The notes: generated by a model not told the origin, from the letters alone. A stretch of 64,000 nt of DNA from Eledone cirrhosa (GCA_964016885.1 OZ024746.1:76384001-76448000), one strand, 5' to 3'. Numbered from the stretch's first letter, positions 16,396 to 29,710 are shown. Made by a program: numbers and translations.

Positions 16396-17752
16396 CAAAT
16401 GTAGACAAAATAAAATAGGATAGAATACAATAAGACTTATTTTCTTTCTGAATACTATTGATGATATAATTTACAATATTAGAATGTTAATTAAAATCCA
16501 GAGTAAATGAAAATATTAAGTTATATGAATAATCATCCGAACAGCGAGATGGCAAAAAATTTAATCAGCTAACTAATGATGCAAATGAAATGGTATTTAC
16601 AGCTCACACCTATGCATATTTTGCTGGCCTCCTAAAAGGTTGCATCTCATAGGAGGTTTCTTGGGTGATTTTTAATGATAGGGGCCCCAATCCTACCATA
16701 TAAAGCAACATGAAATATAGCATCCTGTTCAAGAACACAATGCACCACCAAGTCCAGGAATTGAACCCACAACCATGTGATCACGAGTCCAACCACCAAG
16801 TCACTAATACTGTAATGACAACTGTCACTGCATTAGTTGATTCATATACCAAATAAACAATAGTACATTTAAATATACCAACATTTCTGAACTTTAAAAT
16901 GAAAAAAAAAAAGTATATATATATTACAAAAAAAAAAAAAAGAAAAGAAAAGAAAAAAAACATGGCCATAGTCTAATGACTGAAACCAGTAAAAGAAATA
17001 AAAGAGTAAAAGAATAATTAAATAAAAAGCAACTGAAAACACTATTTTCTAGATGATAATTGTTTTTTCCTCTCACTTGTATCAACCCTTTTGATACCAA
17101 TCCACCTGGAACTGCCCCTGGTCCTATGATACTACAATGTTTATTGAAAAACTTTCCACCATAGTTTTTTGTAAGAACATTTGTTAAGTCATGTTCAAAA
17201 CAACAACTAAATAATGGGAAAGTTAGTTATATTACTAAATCGCTCCAAATTCTTGGTTATATTCAAAATGACTCCAAAATCTTAGGCAGTGTCTTTCATT
17301 AGAAATCTGGTAACAAAATGGTTAATACACTCACTGAACTTTTATTTATTTTTGAATGTTTTTTCTTCTGCTCCTTTGTTTGATATAAAATATCTGAAAT
17401 GCACAACTGTTTTTTTTTCTTTTTGCTTTTTTTTTACTGCCACTAAAATCAAGGAATTGTTTGGTGCCCCAGCATGGCCACAATCTAACAACTGAAACCA
17501 GTAAAAGATTAAAAGATATTTTACTGAAAAAAGTACCTCTCGGAGGTCACAGAGTAGAGACATCCCATATTTTGTTTGCCGTGTCAGTTAGATTATTTAT
17601 TAACAGGCAATTCAGTGGGATTGTTAATTATTATTATGATTATTAATATTATTATTTGTTTTATTTTTACAAGATGGAGGAGGGGGTTTAAAGATTTATT
17701 TAAAAAAAGGAAATTAAAATAAAAGTATAGAGTGTGGCAGAAGTGAATTTAA

Positions 17753-17978
17753 CCCTTTAGCATTTACATTACTCTCTCTATCTATCTATATATATATATA
17801 TATATACTAGTGTATTTTTGCGGTAAAGGCTTTATCTCATAATATCAAATATAAGAGATTTTGATATTTATTTTGAGAGGAATACCTTAAAATCAGTATG
17901 AGTGGCCAATTATGGCCAGTTTGAACAGAAAGAGGAGAGAGAATTCTGGCCGGATACAGCCGGTTTAGATGCGAAGGG
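17753..17978. mobile_element. piggyBac-type MITE family 1 (second copy at 58114-58318)
   Basis: TTAA-CCCTTTAGCATTTA...TAGATGCGAAGGG-TTAA; the two copies share internal sequence. Confidence 0.75.
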
Positions 17979-17998
17979 TTAAAAAGTGCTAGTAACGA

Positions 17999-18026
17999 AA
18001 ATATATATACATATATATACACATAT

Positions 18027-18057
<31 letters not shown>

Positions 18058-18516
18058 TACACATATATACATATATATATATATACACATAAATATATAT
18101 ATATACACATATATACATAAATATATATATATATACACATATACACATAAATATATATATATATACACATATACACATATATACATATATATATATACAC
18201 ATATATACATATATATATATATACACATATATACATATATATATATATACACACATATATACATATATACACATATATATATATACACATATATACATAT
18301 ATATATATACACATATATACATATACACATATACATATATATATATACACACACATATATATATATACATATATATACACACATATACATATATATACAC
18401 ATATGTACATATATATATATATACACATATGTACATATATATATATATACATATATATATATACATATATATATATACATATATATACACACATATACAT
18501 AAATATATATATATAC

Positions 18517-18547
<31 letters not shown>

Positions 18548-18920
18548 CATATACATACATATATATATACATATACATACATATATATATACATATATAT
18601 ACACATATACATATATATATACATATATATACATATATACATATATATACATATATACACATATATATATACATATATATATACATATATATATACATAT
18701 ATATATACATATATATACATATATATATATACATATACATATATATATATATATACATATATATACATATATACATATATATACATATATATACATATAT
18801 ATATACATATTTATATACATATATATATATACATACATATACATATTTATATATATACATATATATACATATTTATATACATATATATATACATATTTAT
18901 ATACATATATATATACATAC

Positions 18921-18953
<33 letters not shown>

Positions 18954-19022
18954 ACATATATCTATATATACATATATATACATATATATATATATACATA
19001 TATACATATATATATATATAAT
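17999..19022. repeat. (TA)n / (TA)nCA microsatellite array
   Basis: About 1 kb interrupted TA array. Confidence 0.95.
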
Positions 19023-21044
19023 CTTCATTCAACATCCATTCTCCCTGCTAATATATATCTGTATATAAAAGAAACAAGTTGTAAAAGAAATACTAATTTA
19101 AATTGTATGATAGGCTGAACTTTAAAAAAAATGTATGGGAATACATGGATGAATCCTGTGATAAGGTAGGTAGAAATGTAATTTTCAGAGATTAATATAC
19201 ACAACCATATCTTAACTAAACCCAAACAGTCCAAAATATATGAAAGTTGAAATCAGTATGAATTTGTCGCACTAAAATGCATTCAGGAATATTCTGAAAG
19301 TGGACTTTAATTTTTAATAGGTGTTATTATTGTAACTGTAAGGATATATTTGTAGATTTTACAGTTATGTGAACTATATATTCCACACATTTTCAAGATA
19401 GTATGTGTGTATAAGCATGAGTATATATATGTATGTGAGTGCCAGTGAATGTATGTGTATACTTCTGTGAGTGATTGTGATTGTATGTGTGTGTGTGGGG
19501 GGGGGGGACTCAAACAATGACTAAAGTATTTCAGATGAAATGATTTTAACAAAAAATGAAAAACATTTTTCATTCCTTGCAGTTTGTTTGTTGGTTTGCT
19601 TTGCACTGGTGAATTTATCAAATGTGTTTAGATTGTGTGTCTTTATTGATATCGCTTAAAGGGCTTTAATAGGCATTTCAGGTCCTATGCTATTTCAATA
19701 CTATTAAAAATGTAAACATTAATATTAAAGTGATTTATAAATTTAAACAAATAAAGACAGTAGCTTCATTTGTCATCATCCCCCCACCTCATCCCAGATA
19801 ATCTTTGTTGAAAAAAAGAGTTAATATAAATAAAAATACCCAACAACACTATAAAAGAAGGGATAGGATTTCACAAAAGACTATTTTAGTGATCCAAGTG
19901 TACACACACATATACATACACAAGCATGTACATATGCCCACAGACACACACACACGTGCATATGCACTGCCACAAAGACACACCTGAAACTCACGTGCAC
20001 CTGCACATATACTCTACACACACATTGCACATATGCTCTCCCTTTCACTCTCACACAACCATGCACTTATGCACTTTCCCTTTCATACACACATATCCTC
20101 TTGCAATCTCACACACACATACTCATATACATTCTCTCTCTCTCATACACACATACGCATGCACACAATGGATTTAGTGGTTGGCAAACCAAGATTATTT
20201 ATAACAAACAGAGGTTCTATATCTGATGAAAATTACTCAGTGAGTTTCTGAAATCTCAAAAGATAATAAAAAAGAACATACATTTGAACTGAACGGAAAG
20301 TATTTCAGGCAAGATAGCAGTGGTTATGAAGAGTATGTTCAACCTGTATCCAATCAGCAGTTTACATACTACTGTTGCTGAGTCAGTCTACTGTGAGATA
20401 ATAATATAATACAAAATTTAAGGGCAATCATTTATGAGCCCATGAGTATTTGATAACTGTTATACACTTGTTCTATGGTTAAAATACAGGGTATATAAAA
20501 TAATTAACCAAATAGTTTTAAATTTAGATAATAACTCATAGGAATATGGGAGAATAATGTAATAGGCATCTTTCAGCCCTGAACTTATCATTAGAGTGCT
20601 GTAATAGCATACGTCGGAGTGTCTTGGGCATTTAAAACCTGGCAGAACCCATCCCTCTCCACGTGCAAATACATCCTATATGTGCATGTGCATAAGCATT
20701 GCACTCAGAATTCCTATAATTACAGACAGAGAATATTTTGAAATCAAACAGAAAAATATAGAAGACATGTATAACTAAAAGTTCATGTACAACTTAAAAG
20801 CAACAATTTACTTTATGGGCCTAACAGGGTTTAGGGTTTGTCTGTTTATTTGTTTGTTTGTTTGTTTTTTTTTTGGTATTTTTAGTTTAATTTTTTGAAT
20901 TATTATTCTAGTACTTTAAAATATTTTTCAAATGAATTTCATAATTTGGAAGTTAAAAAGCTTTCTAAACATTTACCTATGGATTTAAAAGATCTTTAGA
21001 AGGGGAGGAGGGAAAGAACATAACTAATATATATATACACACAC

Positions 21045-21089
<45 letters not shown>

Positions 21090-21689
21090 CACACATATAT
21101 ATATATATATACATACACATATATATATGTATATATATATATTGTATGTGTGTATATATATATATATATATAAAGCAGATTTTCACCAGTGTATATACCA
21201 CGACTAGAAATCAGGTACTTTGGAGCAAGTGAATAAATATAAAGTCATTCAAAGACTGACTAAAAGTTGGCGTGTAGCAGTCAGATGTCAGCTGATAAGT
21301 GAGTGAGCAAGCTAAGGGGACTGGGAGAGCCTTTTCATTCATCAATGTCTGGGCAAACCATAGATAGACAACCATAATACTGGCCACAGTATTCTACATG
21401 CTGATGTATCACAAAGTAGCTTAATCACTACTGATGTTGCTGTTGCTGTCTGTGTGTGAGAGAGTGTGTGTGTGACAGTCCCATCCTGGATATCGCTAAG
21501 ATGAAGAGAAGAGACTCACTTTCCAAGCTGCCATTAAGCACCAACAAGGACAACCACCACCACAACCACCACCAACACCAACACCACCACCACAACCACC
21601 ACCATCACTACCAGCAGCAGTAGAAGTCAGAATAAGAGAAACTGACACACAGCCTACTACTGGATAAAAATGGGGACCAAACACTATTT

Positions 21690-21761
21690 TCACAAATAAT
21701 GGGGAGTTTCTTGACCAGTCAGTAACCTAAAAATTGATGTTGGCATGGTTTTCATGTGAAT
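21690..21761 (-). CDS. lin-10/APBA: X11/Mint/APBA last coding exon with stop codon
   Basis: IHMKTMPTSIFRLLTGQETPHYL* after a tttttcag acceptor; matches the Mint C-terminus IHMKTMP..FRLLTGQETP.Y. Confidence 0.95.
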   Translation of the reverse strand: MHMKTMPTSIFRLLTGQETPHYL

Positions 21762-22470
21762 CTGAAAAATAAATAGAAAAAAAAAAAAATCAAAAATAAT
21801 AGGAATTACATCTTTCACAGAGACAAATAATAAATAATATTAAGATTTATTATATATAAAACTTAGTTATTTCATTTTAGAAATTAGGAAGATAAAATCA
21901 TTAACTTTTGAAGTGTTTATATTTGTTTACAAACCTTCCATTATAATTTTGTGTAAGAACTTTCTCCTAAGTAATGTTCCAAAAATCAACTTAATGTCAA
22001 GAAAGTATTTTAATAAAACCATCCAAGAGTTTTATTATTTTCAAAATTATTTTTAAATCATAAACAGTGTATTTCATTAAAAATATGGTAATGAAACGAT
22101 GAATGTACATGAAGGCATCAGATAAATTCTATTCATTCTAGTTCTTAAGATGGGGAAATGTTGTGTTTCATCCAATCCCTTAAGAAGGTGAAACTTTGTT
22201 GAAGTCTCAACATCATAATTTCTTCTAATGGCTGTTTTCACTGCAATGAGTCATCAATTCTGTTGCAGGCTGACACTATCTGCCAGTCACAGCAGGAGGA
22301 GGTAGGATTTGAATTGAGAATGCACAGAGACAGATCAGATACCAGAAAGCATCCTGTCCATATCTTCAACAATTCTGCCAATCCACTGACCATGGACTGG
22401 TGCTTTATTTAAATAACAATAATAAAGGAAATCAAAGTAAAAAAAAATAAGAAAAATGTAACAAACTTAC

Positions 22471-22611
22471 TTCCCCAACAGAATTAGCTAGCAATGCAAC
22501 TATTTTCTCATGCTGTACAGCAACAACACTTTGATTATTGATCTCAATGATTCTGTGACCAACACGGACACCACCTCGCTCAGCAATTCCACCACGCAAG
22601 AGGCTACAAAT
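22471..22611 (-). CDS. lin-10/APBA: X11/Mint/APBA exon: PDZ2
   Basis: [47 protein letters not shown] (47 aa), ttgtag/gtaagt splice sites. Confidence 0.95.
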
Positions 22612-22668
22612 CTACAATAACAAGGATCAAACACAGACACATAAGATACTTTACACAAATGTCATTTA

Positions 22669-23818
22669 TTAGGTTGAGTCATAAATAATTCCTGTTTTAG
22701 TAAAATAATTTAACAATGAATTAATTTCAATCCATTATTTTTAATCACCTCTTGTCATTTACCAGGTAACTTGTTGATTCCTCTCAAACAAAATTTAGCT
22801 GGTTTCGAGCTCAAGAAGTTTTCTACAAACGTTTTCACCTGATTTTCTTGAGAACATTTTTTGCCATTCAGAGCATTTTGTAGAGAATGAAAAAGATGGA
22901 AATCACTTGATGCAAGGTCTGGTGAATATGGTAGATGGGGTAGAACAGACCAGCCTAAATCCAATATTTTTTCTGCGTGATTCTTGCTGAATGTGGCTTT
23001 GCATTACAATGTTTTGTCTGTTGACAAGTGCGGGGCACTTTCTTAGAAGGTCTTCATGCATACATTGCAGATGTTGAGAGTATAAGTCTACACTGAGTGT
23101 CTGATTGTGGTTTAAAAACTCAAAATGAATAATACCGCAACATAATTTTTCTTCCATGAAGCTCCAACTTTGGGGTAAGCTGCGGAGATTTATCCTTGTC
23201 AATCCAGTCTTTTGCATTGAACATTGTCATAAAATACCCATTTTTCATCACCTGCAATGATATTCTTGAGAAACGGGCCATTTCTCTGCCTTGAAAGAAG
23301 ACTTGTCACCATGGGTATGCCATCTTCCTTATTCTTCTCACTAAAAGTATGAAGAACCCAAACACCCAGCTTGCAATTCTCAAGTACTTTTGGAGGGATT
23401 GTATTCCACCAATTCTCTTAAAGCATCTTGATTGAGGTCGGTGTGTCCTGGTCTGGGTTCATCTTTCAATGACTTATCCCTAGAACGAAACTTTGAAAAC
23501 CAGTTTCTGACTTGGCAGTCAGTAATGACACCTTGGCCATAAAGATTACACATTTCTTTAGCTTTTCTGTAGCGTTTTCATTATTCTTAAACTCCCACAA
23601 CATTGTGTGTCAAATATGCACTTTTAGTTCCTCCATTTTAGGGGTGTGAAATCATAGATTAAATTATGATGTGCACTCTTTCACTAATGAAATAAGAATG
23701 ACTGACAAAAACTCTCTCTAATCAGGTAATTTATGGTTGTGTTTAAAACTTTGAAAGTTTGAAATGCATAGTTACAGCTTGCTTTTAAAAAACAAAAATT
23801 ATTTATGACTCAACCCAA
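22669..23818 (-). mobile_element. Mariner DNA transposon relic
   Basis: TIRs ttaggttgagtcataaataatt / aattatttatgactcaacccaa, TA duplication at 22667-68 and 23819-20; broken transposase with HLPYSPDLASSDFHLF. Confidence 0.92.
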
Positions 23819-25046
23819 TATTTAGGAGACAATTGCAAGAGGAAAAAATAATGAAGAAATAATTTTCAATTGGTAAAAATTTAGACAGTAAACCATATCT
23901 TATCAAATTATTGTCACTGAGAAGAAGTCAGTGGAATTAGCTTAGACTGATAAGAATTTAATGAGGTCAATGCCTTACAATCCTCATCATCCATCCATTA
24001 GCTTTCCATATTGACATGGATTGGATGGGTTGTCATGGTCTGAGAAATACTGGAGAACAAACTTTTGCTCAAACATTTCATATTTTGGTACAGTTTCAAC
24101 AGCTGGATGCCCTTCCTAACATAAATCCCTTTACAAAGTGTAATGGGTGTATTATATTGTTGCACCACCACAACCATTTAACAGGGTGTCCTGGGTGCAT
24201 TTTGTCATGGCTCCAGCACTAGAGGTTGTCATGTACTTAGCAAGAGTCCTCCTTTCAACCCTATAACATCTCTGATCCCCAACCACGTTATATAGTGTAC
24301 TGGTTGCATTTCATCATCGTATCAACAGTATATAATTCATTTCTAGAATCAATAAAATAAGTACTAGTGATATCCTGAAGCTTAAACTGTTAAATATCCA
24401 ACCACATGATAACAAAAAAGTACAGTAGCGAATAAAAAAAAAATTATTATTTTTACAAATAAAGCTTAATCCAGTTTATTGCATAAGCACATACAAAAAG
24501 AAATTCACATCTCCATGAAATGTCAGTTTTTCCATCACTAGGTATTGAACTTGTGACCTTGTGATCATAAGCTTAAACACATGACTTTGCAGACAGTTAA
24601 CTAAATGGTTATCCTTTACTAAATATAATGTTTACTAATAAATAAACAAACAAATAAAATAAAAAAAAACATTATTACAAAATGATATTTACACAATTTA
24701 TTGGACAAGTACAAACACAAAGAAAATAAGTTGCATCTCTATGTCAAATTTGGCATTTTTATCTTATTATAATCTTAAAGTATGGATTTATGTATGTATG
24801 TGTATTTGTATGCATATATATGTGTGTGTATGTATATGTGTGTATGTATATGTATATATGTGTGTGTATATCATCATCATCGTCGTCGTTTAACGTCTAT
24901 CTTCCAATATATATATATATGTGTTAGTGTGCATGTATGTATATAAGAGTGCATGTGTATATGTATATATGAGTGCATGTGTATATGCATGTATATATGA
25001 GTGAATATGTGTGTATGTATGTATGCATATATGTATATATGAGTGA

Positions 25047-25077
<31 letters not shown>

Positions 25078-25401
25078 TGTATGTGTTTATGTATGTATGT
25101 AGTGGTTAACAGTAATAGCAGGAATCAAACAATGAAAAATTGTCAATGTTTTGTCACTGAAATTTATAACTTCAAAAAGAAGATGAATCCTTTTTATCTC
25201 TTCGATCAGAGAAAACTGTTTTATATTATCTCTCTAGCTTTGTAATAAATGATGCAACAATCTAACTCTGTTTTCCTTTTGTTAGCTATATCAGATTTCT
25301 CAAGCCAGCTCATCCAGCAAACACAATCAATTACTCCATTACTATGTTCATGTCTATGTCAATGTTTATAGCACCCAATAAGCCTTATGATCTTTTTATG
25401 T

Positions 25402-25733
25402 ATCATCATCATCATCATTTTAGGTCCGCTTTTCCCTGCTTGCAAGGGTGGGACGGGAACTGGTTCTGGCTTGATTTCTGCAGCTGGATACCCTTCCTAA
25501 CACCAACCTCATTTACAGTGAGTGCTGGGTGCTTTTTTGCCGTGGCACCTCCACGACCACTTTGCAGTGGAATGATATGGACCCCAGTCCCTGTCATCTC
25601 ATTTCTACAGCTGAGTAAACTGGAGCAATGAGAAATAAAGTGTCTTGCTCAAGGACACAACACATCACCCGGTCCGAGAATTGAACTCACAACCTTTTGA
25701 TTGCAAGGCCAATGCTCTAATCACTAAGCCATG
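25402..25733 (-). mobile_element. tRNA-headed SINE with RTE-derived tail (related copy at 63601-63870)
   Basis: Head with A box TGGCTTAGTGA and B box GAGTTCAATTC, a central core, then the RTE 5'-leader motif and RTE 3' end with (TGA)n. Confidence 0.75.
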
Positions 25734-25910
25734 TATATATATAGACACACAAAAACATATACATACATACACATATATAGAATACATATATACATGTATA
25801 TATATATACACACACACATATATATATATATATACACATACACACATGCACACAATATATATATATATATATATATACATATACATACATACATACATAT
25901 ATATATATAT

Positions 25911-26518
25911 GGTGGCTGCCAACTCGTTTTCGAGTACGGCCACTACTTTATATGTAGGAGAACCCCTACCGATGCGCTGAACGAGTGTGAATTTTTAGTC
26001 CAGCCAGCGACTTGAAAACTCTGTTAGGTACAAACGGTACACTTGTGACAATTATTGACACATAGTGCTGGGTGCATGGTACCATGTGATGACAAGTGCA
26101 GAGAGATCTCCAGATATAAAGCAATGCCTGTGCCGTGAAGCTTTTATAGTGAGGAAAGGCACTGCACAAAGCCAGTCCCACTCTCTTAACCAAGATGATA
26201 TTTACCAAAAAGAAGAACAAGTCAACATCATTGGATACCATCAGGGTTGCAGGTGTTATATCAGAGTTTTCCTTCTCCTAGAATTCTGCCTTGACAAAGG
26301 CTAAGGGGTCATCTCTCCCGGTGATTTTGGATGGCCATTGACTCTTAAGAGCTCCTTTGCCCTTTGACAAGTTTTGTTTTTAGTCCTGCAGGATGTCCAA
26401 AGTCACCCTCCTCACCAAGAAACCTTGGTGGGGTTGCCAATTTAGTTGCCAACGACTCGACCATGAGACAGGTTGTACTGGGATACATGTTACCAGTAGC
26501 ACCAACTGGTGACCTGAC
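25911..26518 (-). mobile_element. Probable RTE-type 5' leader fragment
   Basis: GC-richer, hairpin-rich insert in (TA)n with a ctaggagaaggaaaactctga motif that I recognise from RTE-associated repeats; no ORF. Confidence 0.4.
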
Positions 26519-26950
26519 ATATATATATATATATTCGGTCCTCAATGTTGACATTGACTGACCAACGGTCAAAAACACAGATATAATATAGACACAAACA
26601 CATATATATAGTCTATCAAAGTTCTTTCGTTGCACATCTGCAACATCGTCAGTGGTGCTATTGTTTCCTCCCGTTGCATTGTATGTCTACGCCATCTTTA
26701 TTTAGTCTGTTTATATATTTATTTATTTGTTTATTTTTTTGTCTTCTTTGCGCATGCGTTTGCGTGTGTGTATAGTTTTTTGTTTGATGTGTGTTCGTGT
26801 TTGGGTGACTGTGTATTGGTTAATGTTTTCTATCTTTACTAGTGTGTGTTTATATGTGTTTGTTGTTATTGTGCTTGTGTATATATTTATTTATTTATTT
26901 ATACTTCTCTTAGGTCAGTGTTGTTTGTTTGGGTGTTGTTGTTATTCCAT

Positions 26951-27653
26951 TCATTTTTTTCTGTTTAGCCTTGGCCTTCTAAGTTCTATTTCACTGGCCT
27001 CTCTGATTTGCCTATCTGCTGGGTCATTTCTATGTTTAGATATTATTCTAATTTCTATGTTGTCTATGTTACCGTCGTGTTGTTGTCTGGCATGTTCGTA
27101 TAGTACTGAACCGTTTTTTCGTCCTTTTAGTTTCCCCCAGTGTTGGTCTATCCTTTCACCTATGCTACGAGCTGTCTCGCCTATGTATGTTGTTGTCATG
27201 TTTCTGCAAGTACCCTCTGTACATCTTATGCTATATACTACGTTTCTAGTTTTACAGTTTATCCGGGGCTTTACTTTACATATGATACATTTCCTATTAG
27301 TACAGTGGGTTTTCTTAAAAGGGTAGGTTTTGCTGATCAGGGATTTTATGGTGGTTTCTGGCTTTTCTACCACCTTAATCTTTAAGTGGGTCTTTCTCAG
27401 GGCCTTTCTACACTGGTTAGCTAATTTCCCTCTAGGGGTAGCGTCCACAAACATGACACTCTGGTATCTCTGGTTGTCGTACCATGAGGTGGCTTTCCCT
27501 ATCTTATGTCTAGCCCTATCTAAGCTATTCCATGATTTGCTCCTGTATAATGGGCAAATTCTTTTCATGTCCAGTTCTATGAGGGTCTTATACTTCTCCG
27601 TGGCTCCTTCGTATACTCTGATTCTGTCTCTTTGGTTGTAGCCAGAGAACTGC
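26951..27653 (-). pseudogene. Penelope-like ORF remnant: Cys-rich linker + GIY-YIG endonuclease
   Basis: HCTNRKCIIC...NCKTRNVVYSIRC...YIGETARSIGERIDQH...SVLYEH...H...RQIREASEI...LNRK. The first ~17 aa of the 250-aa track ORF come from the inverted arm, not the element ORF. Confidence 0.88.
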
Positions 27654-27675
27654 ATGCAACGGGAGGAAACAATAG

Positions 27676-27720
27676 CACCACTGACGATGTTGCAGATGTG
27701 CAACGAAAGAACTTTGATAG
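27676..27720 (+). ncRNA. Minimal type-I hammerhead ribozyme motif (mirror copy on minus strand at about 26613-26657)
   Basis: CTGACGA-t-gttgca/gatg/tgcaac-GAAA-gaac-TT-tgat; stem II perfect, stem I imperfect. Confidence 0.65.
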
Positions 27721-27924
27721 ACTATATATATGTGTTTGTGTCTATATTGTATCTGTATTTTTTACCGTTGGTCAATCAATGGCAACATTGAGGACCGAAT
27801 AAATTAAATTAACCGATATAAAAGACACAGAAGCGAAAACCAACCAAACAGTGAGTGTGTTCTGTTATTAATTCTGGCAATATTACACAAATATGACCCT
27901 CCCCAAGTATAACAATATAAATAT

Positions 27925-28298
27925 ATATATATAAAGAAGAAATTAAAAGATGGTTAAAAAAGTTCCGTATATTTTATTACGCGCATTTCGAAAACAACAT
28001 CATCCTGGGACAACTGTCCAGTCAACATATGTTGCCTGGACAACATATGTTGACTGGACACTTTCTTGTGCACAAGTGTTTTTAGGCCTCATATCATGTT
28101 ACCTTATTTTATCTGATGAGAACACAATTTTTGTCCCAGGATGATGTTGTTTTCGAAATGCACATAATTAAATATACGGAACTTTTTTAACCATCTTTTA
28201 ATTTCTTCTTTATATATATTCCAGTTCTACCAACTGTTGAGTGCTCTTATCTGCGATATGCATAGTTTTATTGTTCTACAATATTACTCACCCCCTAC

Positions 28299-28300
<2 letters not shown>
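27925..28300. mobile_element. Fold-back Penelope-type pLTR remnant
   Basis: 89-bp inverted arms 27925-28013 / 28131-28219, an internal 20-bp hairpin at 28015-28060, and a tail shared with 55255-55345 and 57190-57283. Confidence 0.7.
28105..28174 (+). ncRNA. Type-I hammerhead ribozyme motif with extended stem II
   Basis: tattttat-CTGATGA-gaacacaa...ttgttttc-GAAA-tgcaca-TA-attaaata; the inverted arm keeps GAAAtgcgcgTAataaaata, which gives a perfect 8-bp stem I. Confidence 0.7.
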
Positions 28301-28370
<70 letters not shown>

Positions 28371-28394
28371 TACATACATACATACATTCATATA

Positions 28395-29060
28395 TATAAG
28401 TAAGGCAATTAAGGATACGAAGAGTGGGAAAGCAGCCAGTCCAGCAGGATCGTTGCCAAGATGCTGAAAGCATCTAGGTCTGTGGGTCACATCTTAACCA
28501 CACATATTGTAAACCAAATAATACTAAATGGTGTCATACCGAATGATTGGCACAGCAGCATCATTGTCAACTGCTACAAAAGTGAAGGAGATGCACTAGA
28601 TAGAGGAAACTATAGTGGCATCAAGTTGATGGACCAGGTCATGAAAGTAACAGAAAGAGTCATAGCGCAGCTGAGGGACTGGGTTAATCTAGATGAGATA
28701 CAATTCAAATTTGTGCCAGGTAAAAGCACCACAGATGCTCTCTTCTTGGTGAAGAAGCTACAGAAGAAGTACCTAGCTAAAAGTAAGCTGCTCTACCTGG
28801 AATTTGTTGATTTGGAGAAGGCTTTTGACAGAGTACCCTGTGCCATAATCTGGAGGGCTCTTAGAAAACTAAGAGTAGATGAGTGGCTTGTGAAGGCTGT
28901 ACAAGACATGTATAGGGGAGCAGTCAGCATAGTTAGGATTAACAACAACTATAGTGAGGAATTTAGCATGCAGGTTGCTGTCCACCATGATCCTGTTCTT
29001 AGCTCTCTTCTGTTTATTATACTGCAGGCTATATAAGAGGAGTTTAAGACCAGCTACTCA
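28395..29060 (+). mobile_element. Degenerate RTE RT fragment
   Basis: ORF 28461-29036 with YSGIKL and FVDLEKAFDRVP motifs. Confidence 0.88.
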
Positions 29061-29099
29061 TGAACTAAGAGAGAGTATTTGGGAATCAAAATAATTCAG

Positions 29100-29530
29100 T
29101 ATTTGTACCAACCCTTACCTATGGTCATGAATCTTAGGTTATGATTGAAAGAATACGATCGTGAATAAAAGTGGCTGAAATGAGGTTCCTTCAGAGGGTC
29201 TTTGCAGTAACGTAGCTCAGAGATCAGAGAGTTGTCCTTCGTAGAGCAGCTACTTCTTTGAATTGAGAGATTGCAGCTCTGGTACTACAGAGATTTGGTT
29301 AGAATGTCTAAGGAAAGAATGACTGGACAGATTTTACAGACAAAACCAACTGGCAGGAGATCTAGGGGTAGACTCCGAGCAAGATGGCTATATAATATCC
29401 ATGAGCTCGGCTGATCTTGCTTGGGGATCCAGCCAAATTAGCTGGAGAGAGTTGCTTCTCACGGAACCTGCTTGAAGTCATGCCTGAGGCCACTGCCCTT
29501 GCAACCTTCCGAGGAATAAGTAGGTAAGAA
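29100..29530 (+). mobile_element. Decayed 3' end of a different RTE family
   Basis: Broken reading of ...VAEMRFL..., ...LQLWY..., ...PTGRRSRGRLRARW..., typical RTE C-terminal motifs. Confidence 0.55.
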
Positions 29531-29590
29531 GAAGATATATACATACATGCATACCTACATTTAATTATGTAGTATATATAGAATACTCAC

Positions 29591-29710
29591 CACACCATTT
29601 TGTACACTGAAGCCAAGCTGATATTTCACATCTGGTCGTTTAATAAGAACTTCTACCACAGGAGGACAAGGCACAACAGTAAGTTTCACCACAGTCTGTT
29701 GTCTGGCACC
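29591..29710 (-). CDS. lin-10/APBA: X11/Mint/APBA exon: end of PDZ1 and start of PDZ2
   Basis: [40 protein letters not shown] (40 aa), ttgacag/gtgagt splice sites. Confidence 0.95.

Larger units (their letters stand above)
26532..27918 (-). mobile_element. 5'-truncated Penelope-like element (C-terminal GIY-YIG) with inverted pseudo-LTR
   Basis: GIY-YIG ORF flanked by 148-bp inverted arms 26532-26679 / 27654-27801 carrying a hammerhead core; the plus-strand arm extends to 27918; inserted in (TA)n. Confidence 0.88.

Noticed and set aside
16200-21689. Mint 3' UTR end or polyadenylation site
   Set aside because: Many AATAAA candidates in AT-rich DNA; cannot be placed without transcript data.
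21496-21693. Gly/Cys-rich ORF overlapping the Mint stop codon; possible readthrough extension
   Set aside because: It is in a different frame, the in-frame continuation is TGA AAA TAG, and the content derives from a (GGT)n repeat.
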